This document shows positions 1-9,705 of a stretch of DNA of 64,000 nucleotides, in pieces. The notes beneath the pieces were generated by a model. That model saw only the letters and a program-made list of their open reading frames with translations, searched no databases and was not told where the DNA came from. Position 1 is the stretch's first letter. Every line of letters starts with the position of its first letter. Source of the DNA: an uncultured virus (IMG/VR IMGVR_UViG_3300048861_000172) (taxonomy: Duplodnaviria; Heunggongvirae; Uroviricota; Caudoviricetes). Made by a program: the position numbers and the translations under genes. The stretch lies in the IMG/VR virus record IMGVR_UViG_3300048861_000172; one strand, 5' to 3'.

Positions 1-498
1 ACCTGTGGGCATCGTGAAGGCTTGCGCCGACACCACCAGCGCACCATCGACCCACACGGTACGGGTTTTATTGACCCAGTCCACCATCACTTCAACGTAA
101 TACTCCACACCCAGCTGGAAGCTGAAATCTGTCAGATTGACCAAGCCCGCCACGCTCGTGCTGTAACACATGCTAAAGAGCGGGTAATCGGTGAACCCGC
201 CCCAGCTACGACCATTGGCCGTCAGAAAGATTCGGAAACCACAGTAGCTGCGTGCTTTCGTCGTATCCCACACCGACGCCAAAGGCAGGAGCGCTTGAGG
301 AATAAAACTCTGCGGGTAGGCGGCCGTGCCTGCGCCCTGAAACGCCAATTGCAGCCACTGGTAGTTATTGAGTTTACCGACCGTGATCGACCCATTGCCG
401 GTGGAAAAGGTGAGGGGATAATCGCAATAGGCTAAGATGTTCCCCGCAGATTGACCCGCCGGGACATGGTCGAAAGCCATTGCTAAACGCATAGCCAT
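1..498 (-). CDS. Partial tail-associated lectin/beta-sandwich-like protein, paralog of 511..1617 (runs off window edge)
   Basis: Not in the ORF track. Manual translation from ATG 498 (RBS AAGGA) gives MAMRLAMAFDH...CGFRIF...VEYYVEVMVDW...VWVDG, matching ALNWDH...LGFRFK...QEYFVEFRF...IYVDG of the neighbour. Confidence 0.75.
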   Translation of the reverse strand, partial: MAMRLAMAFDHVPAGQSAGNILAYCDYPLTFSTGNGSITVGKLNNYQWLQLAFQGAGTAAYPQSFIPQALLPLASVWDTTKARSYCGFRIFLTANGRSWGGFTDYPLFSMCYSTSVAGLVNLTDFSFQLGVEYYVEVMVDWVNKTRTVWVDGALVVSAQAFTMPTG

Positions 499-510
499 GA
501 TTCTGATTCC

Positions 511-1617
511 TTAAGACGTCGGGGTGAGTTTAAGCTGTAACGCCGCGAGCTTACTTGACACAAGGGCTGAGCCATCCAGTGCTTTCTGAATGGTGCCAAA
601 GCGCCGCGTATAGCGCATGGTGGCGTCCACAAACGTCAACTGCGTAAGCGCTTGCGTATTGGTGCCATCCGTGAGGGACGGGTTCAACACGCCATTACCC
701 GACTGTTGATTCAAAAACGAGCCTTGGAACTGGACCGCCTTAATCGGAGCCCCGGCTGGGATGCCCGAGACATCAAAACCGATCGTCAGCGGATCAAGGG
801 TTTGTGCGTTGGTGATGCTCGGCGTCGGGCTCAGGGTCGCCGCTTGCGGGTTATTCAAGATGGCTTTCGGGTCCGTCAAGCCAGTCGCACCCGGATCAGA
901 CACCGTGTAGTTCGGGGCACTCACCGTCGCGACCGGCAAGCCCTTGGTGCGGATCGGGCCAATCCGATCACTGTCCCAGTTGCCCAATGCATCTGCGTCC
1001 ACGAAATAGAGGTCGCGGAAGTTGATCACAACGTCGCTATTGGTCACCGAGTTTTGCGGACCGAACATCAGCCAGCCGTTGTAGAGATACGACCACGTGC
1101 CGGTTGTAATGGTGGTCTTAAGCACACCATCGACGTAGATTTCCACGCTCCCTGCGGTCGCTGAAGTGGAGATAAAACGAAACTCCACAAAGTACTCTTG
1201 ATTCGCCAATGGCATCCAGGTAGCTGCATTGGCCATGGTAAGCAGGACGTAACTACTTGCGCCATTGCTCTGCGCCGACCAAAACAAGTTGTTGCTCGTG
1301 CCGAGACCCGTCCCCGACCATTTAAAACGAAAACCCAAGACCGACGTGTATGCGCCGCTGGGTTTGGTCAAGAACATGGAGTAGGGAATTTGGAGCGCAG
1401 CCAGTGAAGCCACGCCGTTAGCAGCAAGCGAGAGCCACCCGTCCGAGGTGATGCGCTGAAGGGTCGAGGCGTTAGTTACCCAAATGTAGGGCGTGCCGCC
1501 CGCATCCAACCCAAGCGCGTTGATCAGGTTATAAGCGTTATTGCTACCCACCACCGCAGAGGGAGTCAGGTTGTAATTCTGCAAATGATCCCAGTTAAGG
1601 GCTACTTTAAGAGCCAT
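511..1617 (-). CDS. Putative tail fibre / receptor-binding structural protein
   Basis: 368 aa, S/T/G/N-rich with beta-strand pattern and an EYFVE...IYVDG motif typical of ConA/LamG-like folds; lies in the tail cluster. Confidence 0.6.
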   Translation of the reverse strand: MALKVALNWDHLQNYNLTPSAVVGSNNAYNLINALGLDAGGTPYIWVTNASTLQRITSDGWLSLAANGVASLAALQIPYSMFLTKPSGAYTSVLGFRFKWSGTGLGTSNNLFWSAQSNGASSYVLLTMANAATWMPLANQEYFVEFRFISTSATAGSVEIYVDGVLKTTITTGTWSYLYNGWLMFGPQNSVTNSDVVINFRDLYFVDADALGNWDSDRIGPIRTKGLPVATVSAPNYTVSDPGATGLTDPKAILNNPQAATLSPTPSITNAQTLDPLTIGFDVSGIPAGAPIKAVQFQGSFLNQQSGNGVLNPSLTDGTNTQALTQLTFVDATMRYTRRFGTIQKALDGSALVSSKLAALQLKLTPTS

Positions 1618-1720
1618 GTTCGTATCTCACGTGTGGCAGAGTTAATCGTGATGAAAGTCTCGGATTCCAAGGCTCCCTCATACGAAGAAGCCTCAGAACC
1701 CGACCTTGAATCAGGGGGTT

Positions 1721-2251
1721 TTAGCTGGCCGTATCGGAGTAGTCCTCATCCGCGACTGCATTGCTGGCAGGGGCGGCTTGAGTCGCCGTCTGTTGGGCAA
1801 TCTGGGCAGACGCAGCTTCCTGATCGGCTTCCGTGTTGCTTTCGCCCACGTCTTTGGAGGTCACCGTATCCTGCGTGAGGGTGGTCTCCGGCACCGTGGG
1901 TTTGCCATCCGTCTTGTTGTACTGAAGATAGATACGCGTGCCCGCAGGCGGCTCCACAGAGGCTTCGGTGAACTCAATCCCCAGCACCGTATTGAAGGTG
2001 AACTTGGTCGGCAAGGAGACGCTATTCTGGCCGTTGTAGATCACCTTCGCATTGGCAAACGAATACGCGGCGTCTGCCTTATCAGTCCAGTCGCCTCGAA
2101 AAACCCCGGTATCCGCGTGGCTGGCCGCAGCAGCCAGTAACGTCGCGATGTCCGCGTCAATTGCTCCCACGGGAATCGCTGCCAACGCCTCAACGTCAGC
2201 ACTGAAATCCGCATGGAAGAAGTAATTCAACCATTCGTTTTTGGTCATCAT
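1721..2251 (-). CDS. Stand-alone C-terminal module of the gp131-like tail paralog family with an acidic tail
   Basis: ADFS...WT...AKVIYNG...FNTVL...GTRIYLQYN matches the C-termini of upstream paralogs (ATVVYNG...GNLIMHY; GDLYLHYN). Confidence 0.65.
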   Translation of the reverse strand: MMTKNEWLNYFFHADFSADVEALAAIPVGAIDADIATLLAAAASHADTGVFRGDWTDKADAAYSFANAKVIYNGQNSVSLPTKFTFNTVLGIEFTEASVEPPAGTRIYLQYNKTDGKPTVPETTLTQDTVTSKDVGESNTEADQEAASAQIAQQTATQAAPASNAVADEDYSDTAS

Positions 2252-2261
2252 TGTGTCCTAA

Positions 2262-3797
2262 TTAGAAGCCACCCAGCGACTGACTGATAAAGGCTTGCGA
2301 AATATCCGGCAGACCCAGGAAGGTTAAAGTCACTGACCCTATCCATCCGAGTGAAGTCGGCTTCGACGTCAACGTAACCGTCGTGTATTTCCCATCGCCA
2401 TCGCGATCGACCGTCTGTACGTCGTTGATGTCGTTGGCGGTGAGCTGAATGCCGTATTGGTCGCGGATCTTATCCAGCACCGTCAAGACACTCACCCCAG
2501 GCGTGACACTGACCTGATAGGGATTGAAGTTCGCCAACGCCCCCAGATCCAGCCGGTCGTAGAAGATGTCCTTGTAGCCGGCGTAAGTGGTGTTACTCGC
2601 CCCCATCAGCATGCGGATCTTGGTGTTCTGACTGATGCTGTCCGAACCCTTCGTCGGTCGCATAGCAAACACCGACCAACCCGTCGCCGCATTCAACGAA
2701 CCTAACGCAATCGCTGCCCCATTGCTACTCACCGCAACAGCCGCGACCTGCACCATGTTAAACAACTGGTCTTCCGAGTTAAGATAAAACCCTGGAGACG
2801 CAACTGAGGTGCCCGCCGTACTGCGCACGCCATAGTGCAGATAGATCGTGCCTTGAAACCAGCACGAGCCCGAGGCAGGTGGGGTCAGCACCAAGACGTT
2901 GGTGTACTTGATGCTGTTGGCGTTAAGCGCGTTCACCGCAGGCAACGCGTACTTCGTGAACGTTACGCCATTTAAACCGCCTGCCGTAGCGCAGTTAGCT
3001 GAGCTGAAGTTCAGATCGGGCCGCATGCGCTGCATCCACGAGAGAATCGGCGATAGCGCCGTCGTCGTGAAGTCTGCGTTAGTCGCCGTTGACCCGAGTG
3101 CGGTGATGGTGCTGGTAAGACTGCTTGCGTCCGCCCCGTACAAAAAGAAGTCTGCCTGAGGCTTACGGCTGCCATCCGTCGGAAAGCTATTGCCACCGGG
3201 ATACGTACGGCCCGTGAGGGTTTGGGGCGTCGCTTTGAAAAGCGTATTGAGCGGCTGCTTGGGCTTGGTCCACTGGATCTGGATCGAAGCAGCGGTGCCA
3301 TCATTGGTGCTTTTGTAGCACAACGAATTGACCAAGCTTACCCATGCAGTACCGCCTGAGCTCGTGATCAAGTTGACATTTGTACCATCCGCGCGAAAAT
3401 CGTACAGGGTCAGCGTCAAGCCGTATTTGTTATTGAGCTCATCAACCAGGTCCTGAGTCGTGTAGTAGCCAGCACCCGAATACATCGGAAAGCCGCTGAC
3501 GCCCAGTACTGGAAACACTTGGCCGCTTGCCACACCCATCTTGTTAAACAGGTAGCCCAAGCTAATACGTCGGTAGTACACCGTCTGGGTGCCGAAGTAC
3601 TTACCGTTCCCCGGCTTCACCATCAGGCGCACACTGGTGTCGCGGCCGAACGCATCCGGTGTCGCCAGTGCCACCGGCGTAATCGTGCGTAAATCCGCCG
3701 CGGTGAGCGACCCCAAGACTAAGCCAGGGTTGGAATCATTGACCAGCTGCAAGAAGGTACTCAGCTGGTCTTGTCGAAAAGGAAAACGTGTGCCCAT
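2262..3797 (-). CDS. Tail/baseplate fibre paralog (phiKZ gp131-135-like), N+C+N module arrangement
   Basis: Has YFGTQTVYYRRISL, an internal GTIYLHYG, then a second YAGYKDIFYDRLDL...SLGWIGSV module. ATG 3797 has a GAGGTG RBS. Confidence 0.7.
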   Translation of the reverse strand: MGTRFPFRQDQLSTFLQLVNDSNPGLVLGSLTAADLRTITPVALATPDAFGRDTSVRLMVKPGNGKYFGTQTVYYRRISLGYLFNKMGVASGQVFPVLGVSGFPMYSGAGYYTTQDLVDELNNKYGLTLTLYDFRADGTNVNLITSSGGTAWVSLVNSLCYKSTNDGTAASIQIQWTKPKQPLNTLFKATPQTLTGRTYPGGNSFPTDGSRKPQADFFLYGADASSLTSTITALGSTATNADFTTTALSPILSWMQRMRPDLNFSSANCATAGGLNGVTFTKYALPAVNALNANSIKYTNVLVLTPPASGSCWFQGTIYLHYGVRSTAGTSVASPGFYLNSEDQLFNMVQVAAVAVSSNGAAIALGSLNAATGWSVFAMRPTKGSDSISQNTKIRMLMGASNTTYAGYKDIFYDRLDLGALANFNPYQVSVTPGVSVLTVLDKIRDQYGIQLTANDINDVQTVDRDGDGKYTTVTLTSKPTSLGWIGSVTLTFLGLPDISQAFISQSLGGF

Positions 3798-3814
3798 GCA
3801 ACACCTCATTCAAA

Positions 3815-3840
3815 GCGAGCGGAGTCTAAACCCCGCTCGT
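3815..3840 (-). terminator. Hairpin downstream of 3856..4767
   Basis: CGAGCGG...CCGCTCG inverted repeat followed by TTTG on the minus strand. Confidence 0.5.
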
Positions 3841-3855
3841 TCGGTTGATCTTCGA

Positions 3856-4767
3856 TTAGAAGTCGTCCGGGTTGAACGGGTCGTTGTAGTGCAGGTACAG
3901 ATCACCCGACGGCGTGGTAATACCCGCTGCCAAACGCAGACGCAGCACGTACTTGTAAAGCGGGTTGGTCGGCATACTGCTCGAATCGTTCAGGCCGTTC
4001 GAGACAATCGTCGCACCGAGCACGTTCCACGCGTTGTTGGTGACCGTGTCGGTGGCGTCATTCCAGAGCGCTTTGCCCTGCCCGACATCAACCGCCTTGA
4101 GCGCCGCTACCAAGTAGTCGGCTTGCGCTTGCGTGAGTGTGCCCGGCGTATAGTTGATGAGGGTGTTCACGTAGGCGGTGAAGTCATACGCGTACAGATA
4201 CATCGGACCTTGCGTCGCTGCGGTGGGGGAAGCCGTACCATCGTCGACCGGGTAGTTCAAGCCAGAGAGACTTGTGGTACTGGCAGCCTGATCGATCGCA
4301 ATACCACCCAAGGTGAACGGGATCGCCACCGAGCCTTGCCAACCGATTGAATTCGGATTGGCCGTTAACTGCGCAATACCCGAACCATCGCCATTGAGCA
4401 CAATCGGCAAGTCCTGGATGTCGGTGAGATCCACCGTCAGACCCAGGTAGTACTTCAGGTTCGCAAACAGATCCTTGGTGCTCGCCGGGTTATAGGCTTG
4501 CAGCTTCAACCCCGGCAGGTTGGCTAACTGTGCCAAGTCCCGTCGGTTATACAGGATCACCTGCGAGCCCTGATAGGTCGTGCCATTGCCGGTCAAACGA
4601 ATCGCAGTATTGCGGTCCGAGTTCGACCCCCGCCACGACCCCGCCACCACCTTGGGGACGGAGTACGTAAAGTCCGTCGCCAACAGAGCTGCTGCGCCAC
4701 TGAGCGCATTAGCAGCATTGAGCTGGTTCAGGAAATCGACCTTAGAGGCCAATTGAAAAGCCGACAT
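3856..4767 (-). CDS. Tail/baseplate fibre paralog (gp131-135-like)
   Basis: YQGSQVILYNRRDL, SIGWQGSV and C-terminal GDLYLHYN family motifs. Confidence 0.75.
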   Translation of the reverse strand: MSAFQLASKVDFLNQLNAANALSGAAALLATDFTYSVPKVVAGSWRGSNSDRNTAIRLTGNGTTYQGSQVILYNRRDLAQLANLPGLKLQAYNPASTKDLFANLKYYLGLTVDLTDIQDLPIVLNGDGSGIAQLTANPNSIGWQGSVAIPFTLGGIAIDQAASTTSLSGLNYPVDDGTASPTAATQGPMYLYAYDFTAYVNTLINYTPGTLTQAQADYLVAALKAVDVGQGKALWNDATDTVTNNAWNVLGATIVSNGLNDSSSMPTNPLYKYVLRLRLAAGITTPSGDLYLHYNDPFNPDDF

Positions 4768-4776
4768 GTCGACTCC

Positions 4777-5787
4777 TTAAACGTTGAAGTGGAGATACTG
4801 CTTGCCAGCGGCCCACGTGCTACCCGCATTCGGCGTGAGCACGATCATGCGGTTGTAGTACTTGAAGTTGGCTTCCGGATAAGCGGCTTGGTTGGCCACC
4901 GTAGTCAGATCGATCACCGCTGCGGACCAGCCGTACATATTGCCGTACTTGGTCTTGTCGGTGTCCGAACTCGTCACGTAGTACGGGGCATTCGTATTGT
5001 TCACGCGCAATTGGTTAGCGATGGCAATCCAACCCTTACCCTGTGCGGTGGTATCACCCAACGAACCCGCAGTAGCACTTGCTGTGACACCAGCGCCGTT
5101 GGCAGGCGTTTGCGGCGACGCCGTGGAGATACCGGTCATGACGTCTGTCCAGTCGAACCAGTAGGCATCCAGATCAATCACGTACGGCTTGCCGTTGGCT
5201 TGCGGGTTCGCGTCCACCAGATCACCACTCGGGAAGATGAGGGCGTTCTCCAGACTCGGCACCGTCAAGACGTTAGCGAGCACCTGCGGGGCTTGATGCC
5301 AGCGCAGCGAGAACGACCCCTGATACGCCAGGCTGGTAGCTTTGGCGACCAGGTTGACCTTACTCGTGCGGGTGCCATCGCCGTAGTAATTGTCCGAAGC
5401 CGCTGGAAAGCTCGCGTCGGTAAAGTCATCGGTGGTGAGGCTCAACCCCAACACCTGGTTGATGTCGGCGAGCAAGTCCGAGATCTTGTACGGCACAACG
5501 CCTGTGGCAGCCGCCGAGTACTTGGAGATCACCGGCAACTGGTTACGAAAAAGCGTACCCAGGTCGATGCGGCGATAACCAAGCGTTTGCTTGCCGATAT
5601 AGGGCGAGTTCGCCGCGCCCGTGACGAGAATCGTCGTGTTCGGATTGGCGGTTGCGGCTGCCCCATTGACGGCAGTTGGCGTGCCATACTTCAGGTTCGT
5701 CTTGGTGACCGGCACCGGCAGGCTGGGGTTGGACTGATTGATCAAGTCCACCAGCATGTCTAACGACTGCTTAGGATAAAGAGGCAT
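4777..5787 (-). CDS. Tail/baseplate fibre paralog (gp131-135-like)
   Basis: YIGKQTLGYRRIDL, SLAYQGSF, GKQYLHFNV. Confidence 0.75.
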   Translation of the reverse strand: MPLYPKQSLDMLVDLINQSNPSLPVPVTKTNLKYGTPTAVNGAAATANPNTTILVTGAANSPYIGKQTLGYRRIDLGTLFRNQLPVISKYSAAATGVVPYKISDLLADINQVLGLSLTTDDFTDASFPAASDNYYGDGTRTSKVNLVAKATSLAYQGSFSLRWHQAPQVLANVLTVPSLENALIFPSGDLVDANPQANGKPYVIDLDAYWFDWTDVMTGISTASPQTPANGAGVTASATAGSLGDTTAQGKGWIAIANQLRVNNTNAPYYVTSSDTDKTKYGNMYGWSAAVIDLTTVANQAAYPEANFKYYNRMIVLTPNAGSTWAAGKQYLHFNV

Positions 5788-5797
5788 GGTTTACGCC

Positions 5798-6676
5798 TTA
5801 TCGGTTCTCAAGGATGTTGTAATGCAGGTAAACCGGGGAGCGCGGGTTAGCCCCATCGCCCTCACCAATGATCACCACACGATCGAAATTCTTGTTGCTG
5901 TCAGCGACTGCCGAAGTCGGTTGATCCGAGGCTGACTGGTAGTACGAGTAGCCTTTCGCATAGCGAATCCCAGGCGCACCAAAGACCGGATAGCCCAGCT
6001 TACGCAGCACGGTGTAGATCGCTTGCACGTCCGTGATGGTCGTGTAGATCTGGGCCTGGTACGTGCCTTGAGCGCTACGGAAGGTTTGGTACACCGGCTT
6101 TAAGACCAGCGCATCACGCATACTGGTAAAGTCGATGTTCCAGTACCAATCCCGGCCGGTGGCATGACCGTAGTCATCAAACGACAAACCGAGCTGCGCC
6201 ATCAGCACACGGTTATGCACGTAGGACGCCAGCTGGGGCGCTGCATGCTGCAAGGTCACGGTGATCGTGCCTTTGTAGCCGAGGGAGTTGGGCGCAGCCT
6301 CCAGCACCAGCGGTGCACTCTCATCCTGCGCAACCGTCGGGATGGTCGGCGGTAACAGGTCGTTGGCGGTAAGCCACGAACCGTTTAAGCCATTGAACTG
6401 GGTGCAGATCGCATCGAGCGTGAACTGATCGAGACTCGAGAGTTGCAACACCGGGTGCACCGACAAGTCCACCCGCGTATAGCGCACAAGGGCCGAGCCG
6501 TAGTAACCCATGCCAGGAATCGCATTGGCTTGCACTTCGGTGTCGTACGTGTCTTGCCCGTCGACTGCTTGCGGGGCTCCAAAGCTAATGCGCTGGTCAC
6601 TGAAAATCTTCGGTGGATTGAAGGTATCATTGAGCAGCAAGATCAGCTTCTGTTTACTATCCGTTGTGGTACTCAT
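5798..6676 (-). CDS. Tail/baseplate fibre paralog (gp131-135-like)
   Basis: YYGSALVRYTRVDL, SLGYKGTI, VYLHYN. Confidence 0.75.
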   Translation of the reverse strand: MSTTTDSKQKLILLLNDTFNPPKIFSDQRISFGAPQAVDGQDTYDTEVQANAIPGMGYYGSALVRYTRVDLSVHPVLQLSSLDQFTLDAICTQFNGLNGSWLTANDLLPPTIPTVAQDESAPLVLEAAPNSLGYKGTITVTLQHAAPQLASYVHNRVLMAQLGLSFDDYGHATGRDWYWNIDFTSMRDALVLKPVYQTFRSAQGTYQAQIYTTITDVQAIYTVLRKLGYPVFGAPGIRYAKGYSYYQSASDQPTSAVADSNKNFDRVVIIGEGDGANPRSPVYLHYNILENR

Positions 6677-7524
6677 GACTGCACACCCCAGTCCTCATAG
6701 TCTTCCGGATCGCGTCCGTAGTGCATGATGAGGTTGCCTGCATAGCCTTGGTTCTTGGTGGGGTCCAGTTGCACCTCAATCACATTCAGGAAAGCCTGAT
6801 TGTAATCGGTCGTGGTCACCCCGTTATACACCACCGTCGCCCCTTCCAAGGAGTAGCGACCCGTACCTGCTAACACCCAAGCTGCCCCCGTCACTCCTAC
6901 GAGGGCTTGCTGAACTGCGGTAAGGTCCGTGGAGTCGGTGGTGAGTGCCAGCAAGCTATCGTGGTAGGCGGTGAAATCGCGCCAGTACGAATACGCTTCT
7001 GCAAACGGTCGGGTCTCGTCGCGCACCGGATACATCAGTCCCGGGAATTGCGTGACCGTCAGGAAGTCTTCGAGCTTGTAATTGCCCTTCACCACCTGGA
7101 AGGTGCCCGTACCAATCCAGCCCATCGAGTTGGGTTGGGCTTGCAAGGTGACTGAACCCGCTCCGTCCGTTAAACCGGTGAGCGGGCTATTGACCACATC
7201 CGTGTCATCGAAGTTCAACCCGAAGGTCGTATTCAGATAGTGAATGAAGTCAAGCGTGGTGGTGAGGCCATTGGCGCGAATCACCGATGGCAACCAACTC
7301 ACGAGGCTGGCCAAGTCTAAACGCTGGTAATACACATCCACCGGCCCTTGGTAGGGCGAGTCCGGCACAATCGCGGTGATGGTGAGCTTCGTGTTGGTCG
7401 TGCCGCCCCCGGCTGTGCTCGGCGAGGGCGTGGAGTACGTGTACTGATTCTCAACAAGCGCCAACCCGTTTGCTGAGTTGATGCGCGCCAGAATCGCCGT
7501 TAAGGGCCGAGTATAAAGCGACAT
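6673..7524 (-). CDS. Tail/baseplate fibre paralog (gp131-135-like)
   Basis: YQGPVDVYYQRLDL, SMGWIGTG, GNLIMHY; ATGA overlap with the next gene. Confidence 0.75.
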   Translation of the reverse strand: MSLYTRPLTAILARINSANGLALVENQYTYSTPSPSTAGGGTTNTKLTITAIVPDSPYQGPVDVYYQRLDLASLVSWLPSVIRANGLTTTLDFIHYLNTTFGLNFDDTDVVNSPLTGLTDGAGSVTLQAQPNSMGWIGTGTFQVVKGNYKLEDFLTVTQFPGLMYPVRDETRPFAEAYSYWRDFTAYHDSLLALTTDSTDLTAVQQALVGVTGAAWVLAGTGRYSLEGATVVYNGVTTTDYNQAFLNVIEVQLDPTKNQGYAGNLIMHYGRDPEDYEDWGVQS

Positions 7525-7532
7525 GTTTGATC

Positions 7533-8342
7533 CTAGGTGACTAAGTTGTAATGGAAGTACGCGTCGCCCGCGTAGGTATCCCCCACCACTGCCTTCTGGA
7601 TGATGACGCGATCGTAGTTCTGGTTGGCGGTCGGCACCTTATTGGTCGCGAAATCCGTCACCCCATTGATCGCTGGCGTCGGCCAATTTGCATACCCGTA
7701 CTCGTCCATGAGCGCCTTCATCTGCGTGAGGTTAGCCCAGTAGGTATTGGCTGCGTTGACCTTCAAAGTGCCATCAGCGACGTAGTTGGTGAAGTCTTCA
7801 TTCCACAACGCCATCGTCACCGACTGCTTGCCCGTCTGTGCGCCGGTGTCCGGCACCAGCACATCGAGTGCGGTCATCTTGCGCACCACCCACACGAGGT
7901 AGGGTCGGGTGCGGTAGTACTGAATGATAAAGCTGCCGGTGTAGCCGTACGAATTCGGTTGGGCCTTCACCTGGATGTTGACCTGCTCGCCGCTGCCCAA
8001 CGAGAGCGGAGCGTCGATCACATCGTCAGCAGTCAGGTCAAGACCTAACCACTTATTGATCACGGGAAGCATCTGGACCAACGTCGGTGCGCCAAGGGCT
8101 TTAATCACCGGCCGTTCATCAAAGAGCGTCGTCAAGTTAATGCGCTTATACGTGAGGTCCCGGTAGCCTACGTAGTCGCCCCCGAGCTGGGCTGTGGTCG
8201 GCACAATCGTGTTGATGCCGTCGGGCGCTGCGCGTGGATGGCCCAAATACAGCTCGTCTGTGGTCAGTGGCACCGGCAGCGCATTGAGCGCGTTGATGCG
8301 CGACAACACAGCTTGTTTCGGTGTTGCCGACAGTAAAGACAT
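7533..8342 (-). CDS. Tail/baseplate fibre paralog (gp131-135-like)
   Basis: YVGYRDLTYKRINL, SYGYTGSF, GDAYFHYN. Confidence 0.75.
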   Translation of the reverse strand: MSLLSATPKQAVLSRINALNALPVPLTTDELYLGHPRAAPDGINTIVPTTAQLGGDYVGYRDLTYKRINLTTLFDERPVIKALGAPTLVQMLPVINKWLGLDLTADDVIDAPLSLGSGEQVNIQVKAQPNSYGYTGSFIIQYYRTRPYLVWVVRKMTALDVLVPDTGAQTGKQSVTMALWNEDFTNYVADGTLKVNAANTYWANLTQMKALMDEYGYANWPTPAINGVTDFATNKVPTANQNYDRVIIQKAVVGDTYAGDAYFHYNLVT

Positions 8343-8359
8343 AGTCCGCCCCTTTAAAC

Positions 8360-8395
8360 AAAATAAAAGGGAGAGAGCCGAAGCCCTCTCCCCTT
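8360..8395 (-). terminator. Intrinsic terminator (cUUCGg loop, U-tract)
   Basis: GGGAGAG...CTCTCCC stem with a TTCG loop on the minus strand, followed by TTTTATTTTGTTT. Confidence 0.8.
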
Positions 8396-8428
8396 AGGTC
8401 ACAACGACTGTGCTGCTAAGCTACGAGC

Positions 8429-8959
8429 TTACGCTGCCGGCTGGGTGTAGACCAGGCCGTTCAGTTCCTGCGTCGTGATCACCGAGGCGAGATCGATGTC
8501 GTCAGCGTGGACCGTGAGCGTCACCGAGTTGATGAAGCACAAGCTGTCGGCACCCGCGGCCAGTTGGAAGTCGTGCTGCTCGTTCGGTTGACCTGCGAAG
8601 GCCGGCAGGTCGCCATCGACGAAGTCTTCCGGTTGCAGGTTCAGCTGATACGCCGCGTTGATCTCGGGGATCAGGTCCGCGATCTTGGTAGCGTCGCCCT
8701 TGGGGAACACGACCGAACGCGCACCCGGCACCGTCGACAGATCGACCCGGTTGTACTTGACCGTGACCGAGCCCTTGTAGCCCGAGCCAGCCTTGGCCGT
8801 GAGCGAGAGTTCCGTGTTGCGCGTCGGGTTGTCGCCGGTGGCGGCCGTCGGCAGACCGAAGGTGAGCAGATCCGGCGTGAGGGCCGTGCTGTTGTCGTTG
8901 TTGATCAGATCGATAACGATCTGTTGGGGCAGCTTGGTGAAGTCCGAAACGAATGCCAT
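8429..8959 (-). CDS. Short (N-module only) tail paralog, probably abundant
   Basis: YKGSVTVKYNRVDL...SLCFINSV; strongly biased codon usage; has its own terminator. Confidence 0.75.
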   Translation of the reverse strand: MAFVSDFTKLPQQIVIDLINNDNSTALTPDLLTFGLPTAATGDNPTRNTELSLTAKAGSGYKGSVTVKYNRVDLSTVPGARSVVFPKGDATKIADLIPEINAAYQLNLQPEDFVDGDLPAFAGQPNEQHDFQLAAGADSLCFINSVTLTVHADDIDLASVITTQELNGLVYTQPAA

Positions 8960-9041
8960 GATGGTCCTTAAGGGGGTATCACAAACGGGCCCGCAGGCCC
9001 ACCAAAGAAGAGGTTAATGCATAAGATGCCCTAGGCTTTGC

Positions 9042-9587
9042 TTAGGGCCGTGCCTCAGGTTGCAGATACGTCAAGCCCGAGAGCAGCTGGGCAAAGACCA
9101 CTTCATTTAAATCAATCTCATCACCCGGAAAACGTGCCTTAAACGCCCAATGGGAATTGAGCCAGGCGAGCGACACATCATCCCGGATCGGCAGCACATA
9201 GCTTGCTTGCTGCTCGGTGTACTGTACATCTTCAACCTCTCCTGCCTCCAGATTCAACCCGAGCGCGTCATTGATGACGTCGAGAATCGCGTGGAGATTA
9301 AAAGGCAGTTGAGGGACTTCCACACTCTTGACCCAACCAGCGGGCAGGTCATCGAGCACATTGAGCGTTAAGCGGATATAGTGAATCTCCGCATCGGCTT
9401 TATATTTGGTGCCCGGCACCCGGACCATCGTTACCTTCGTGTTACGGGGCGTGCCGTCACTGTACGCACTTGGGGTGCTGAAGGTAAAGTCGACGCCAAG
9501 CGTGCGCGGGGCACTGCTATTGGCGCGGTTAATGAGTGCGGTTAGTCGGTCAGCACTGCGCCCTGCATAAGGCTTGGTATTGTCCAT
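9042..9587 (-). CDS. Short (N-module only) tail paralog
   Basis: RNTKVTM...YKADAEIHYIRLTL...SLAWLNS...LSGLTY is similar to 8429..8959. Start uncertain (ATG 9587 vs TTG 9632). Confidence 0.7.
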   Translation of the reverse strand: MDNTKPYAGRSADRLTALINRANSSAPRTLGVDFTFSTPSAYSDGTPRNTKVTMVRVPGTKYKADAEIHYIRLTLNVLDDLPAGWVKSVEVPQLPFNLHAILDVINDALGLNLEAGEVEDVQYTEQQASYVLPIRDDVSLAWLNSHWAFKARFPGDEIDLNEVVFAQLLSGLTYLQPEARP

Positions 9588-9650
9588 AGGAGCTAATCCG
9601 CTAATGAAGCTGTCGCAATGTTTCTCATACAATCAGCCTCGGGGTGAGGC

Positions 9651-9700
9651 GACGGCATAAGACTCTTTCCGGCCTTTTGCTGAGCCAGAAAGAGTCTCGT
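9651..9700 (-). terminator. Hairpin + TTATGCCGTC element
   Basis: AGACTCTTTC...GAAAGAGTCT inverted repeat with TTATGCCGTC immediately 3' on the minus strand. Confidence 0.65.
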
Positions 9701-9705
9701 TCTTG

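Noticed and set aside
2252..2264. Stop read-through joining 2262..3797 with 1721..2251
   Set aside because: The two ORFs are out of frame and the downstream gene has its own AGGA RBS and ATG.
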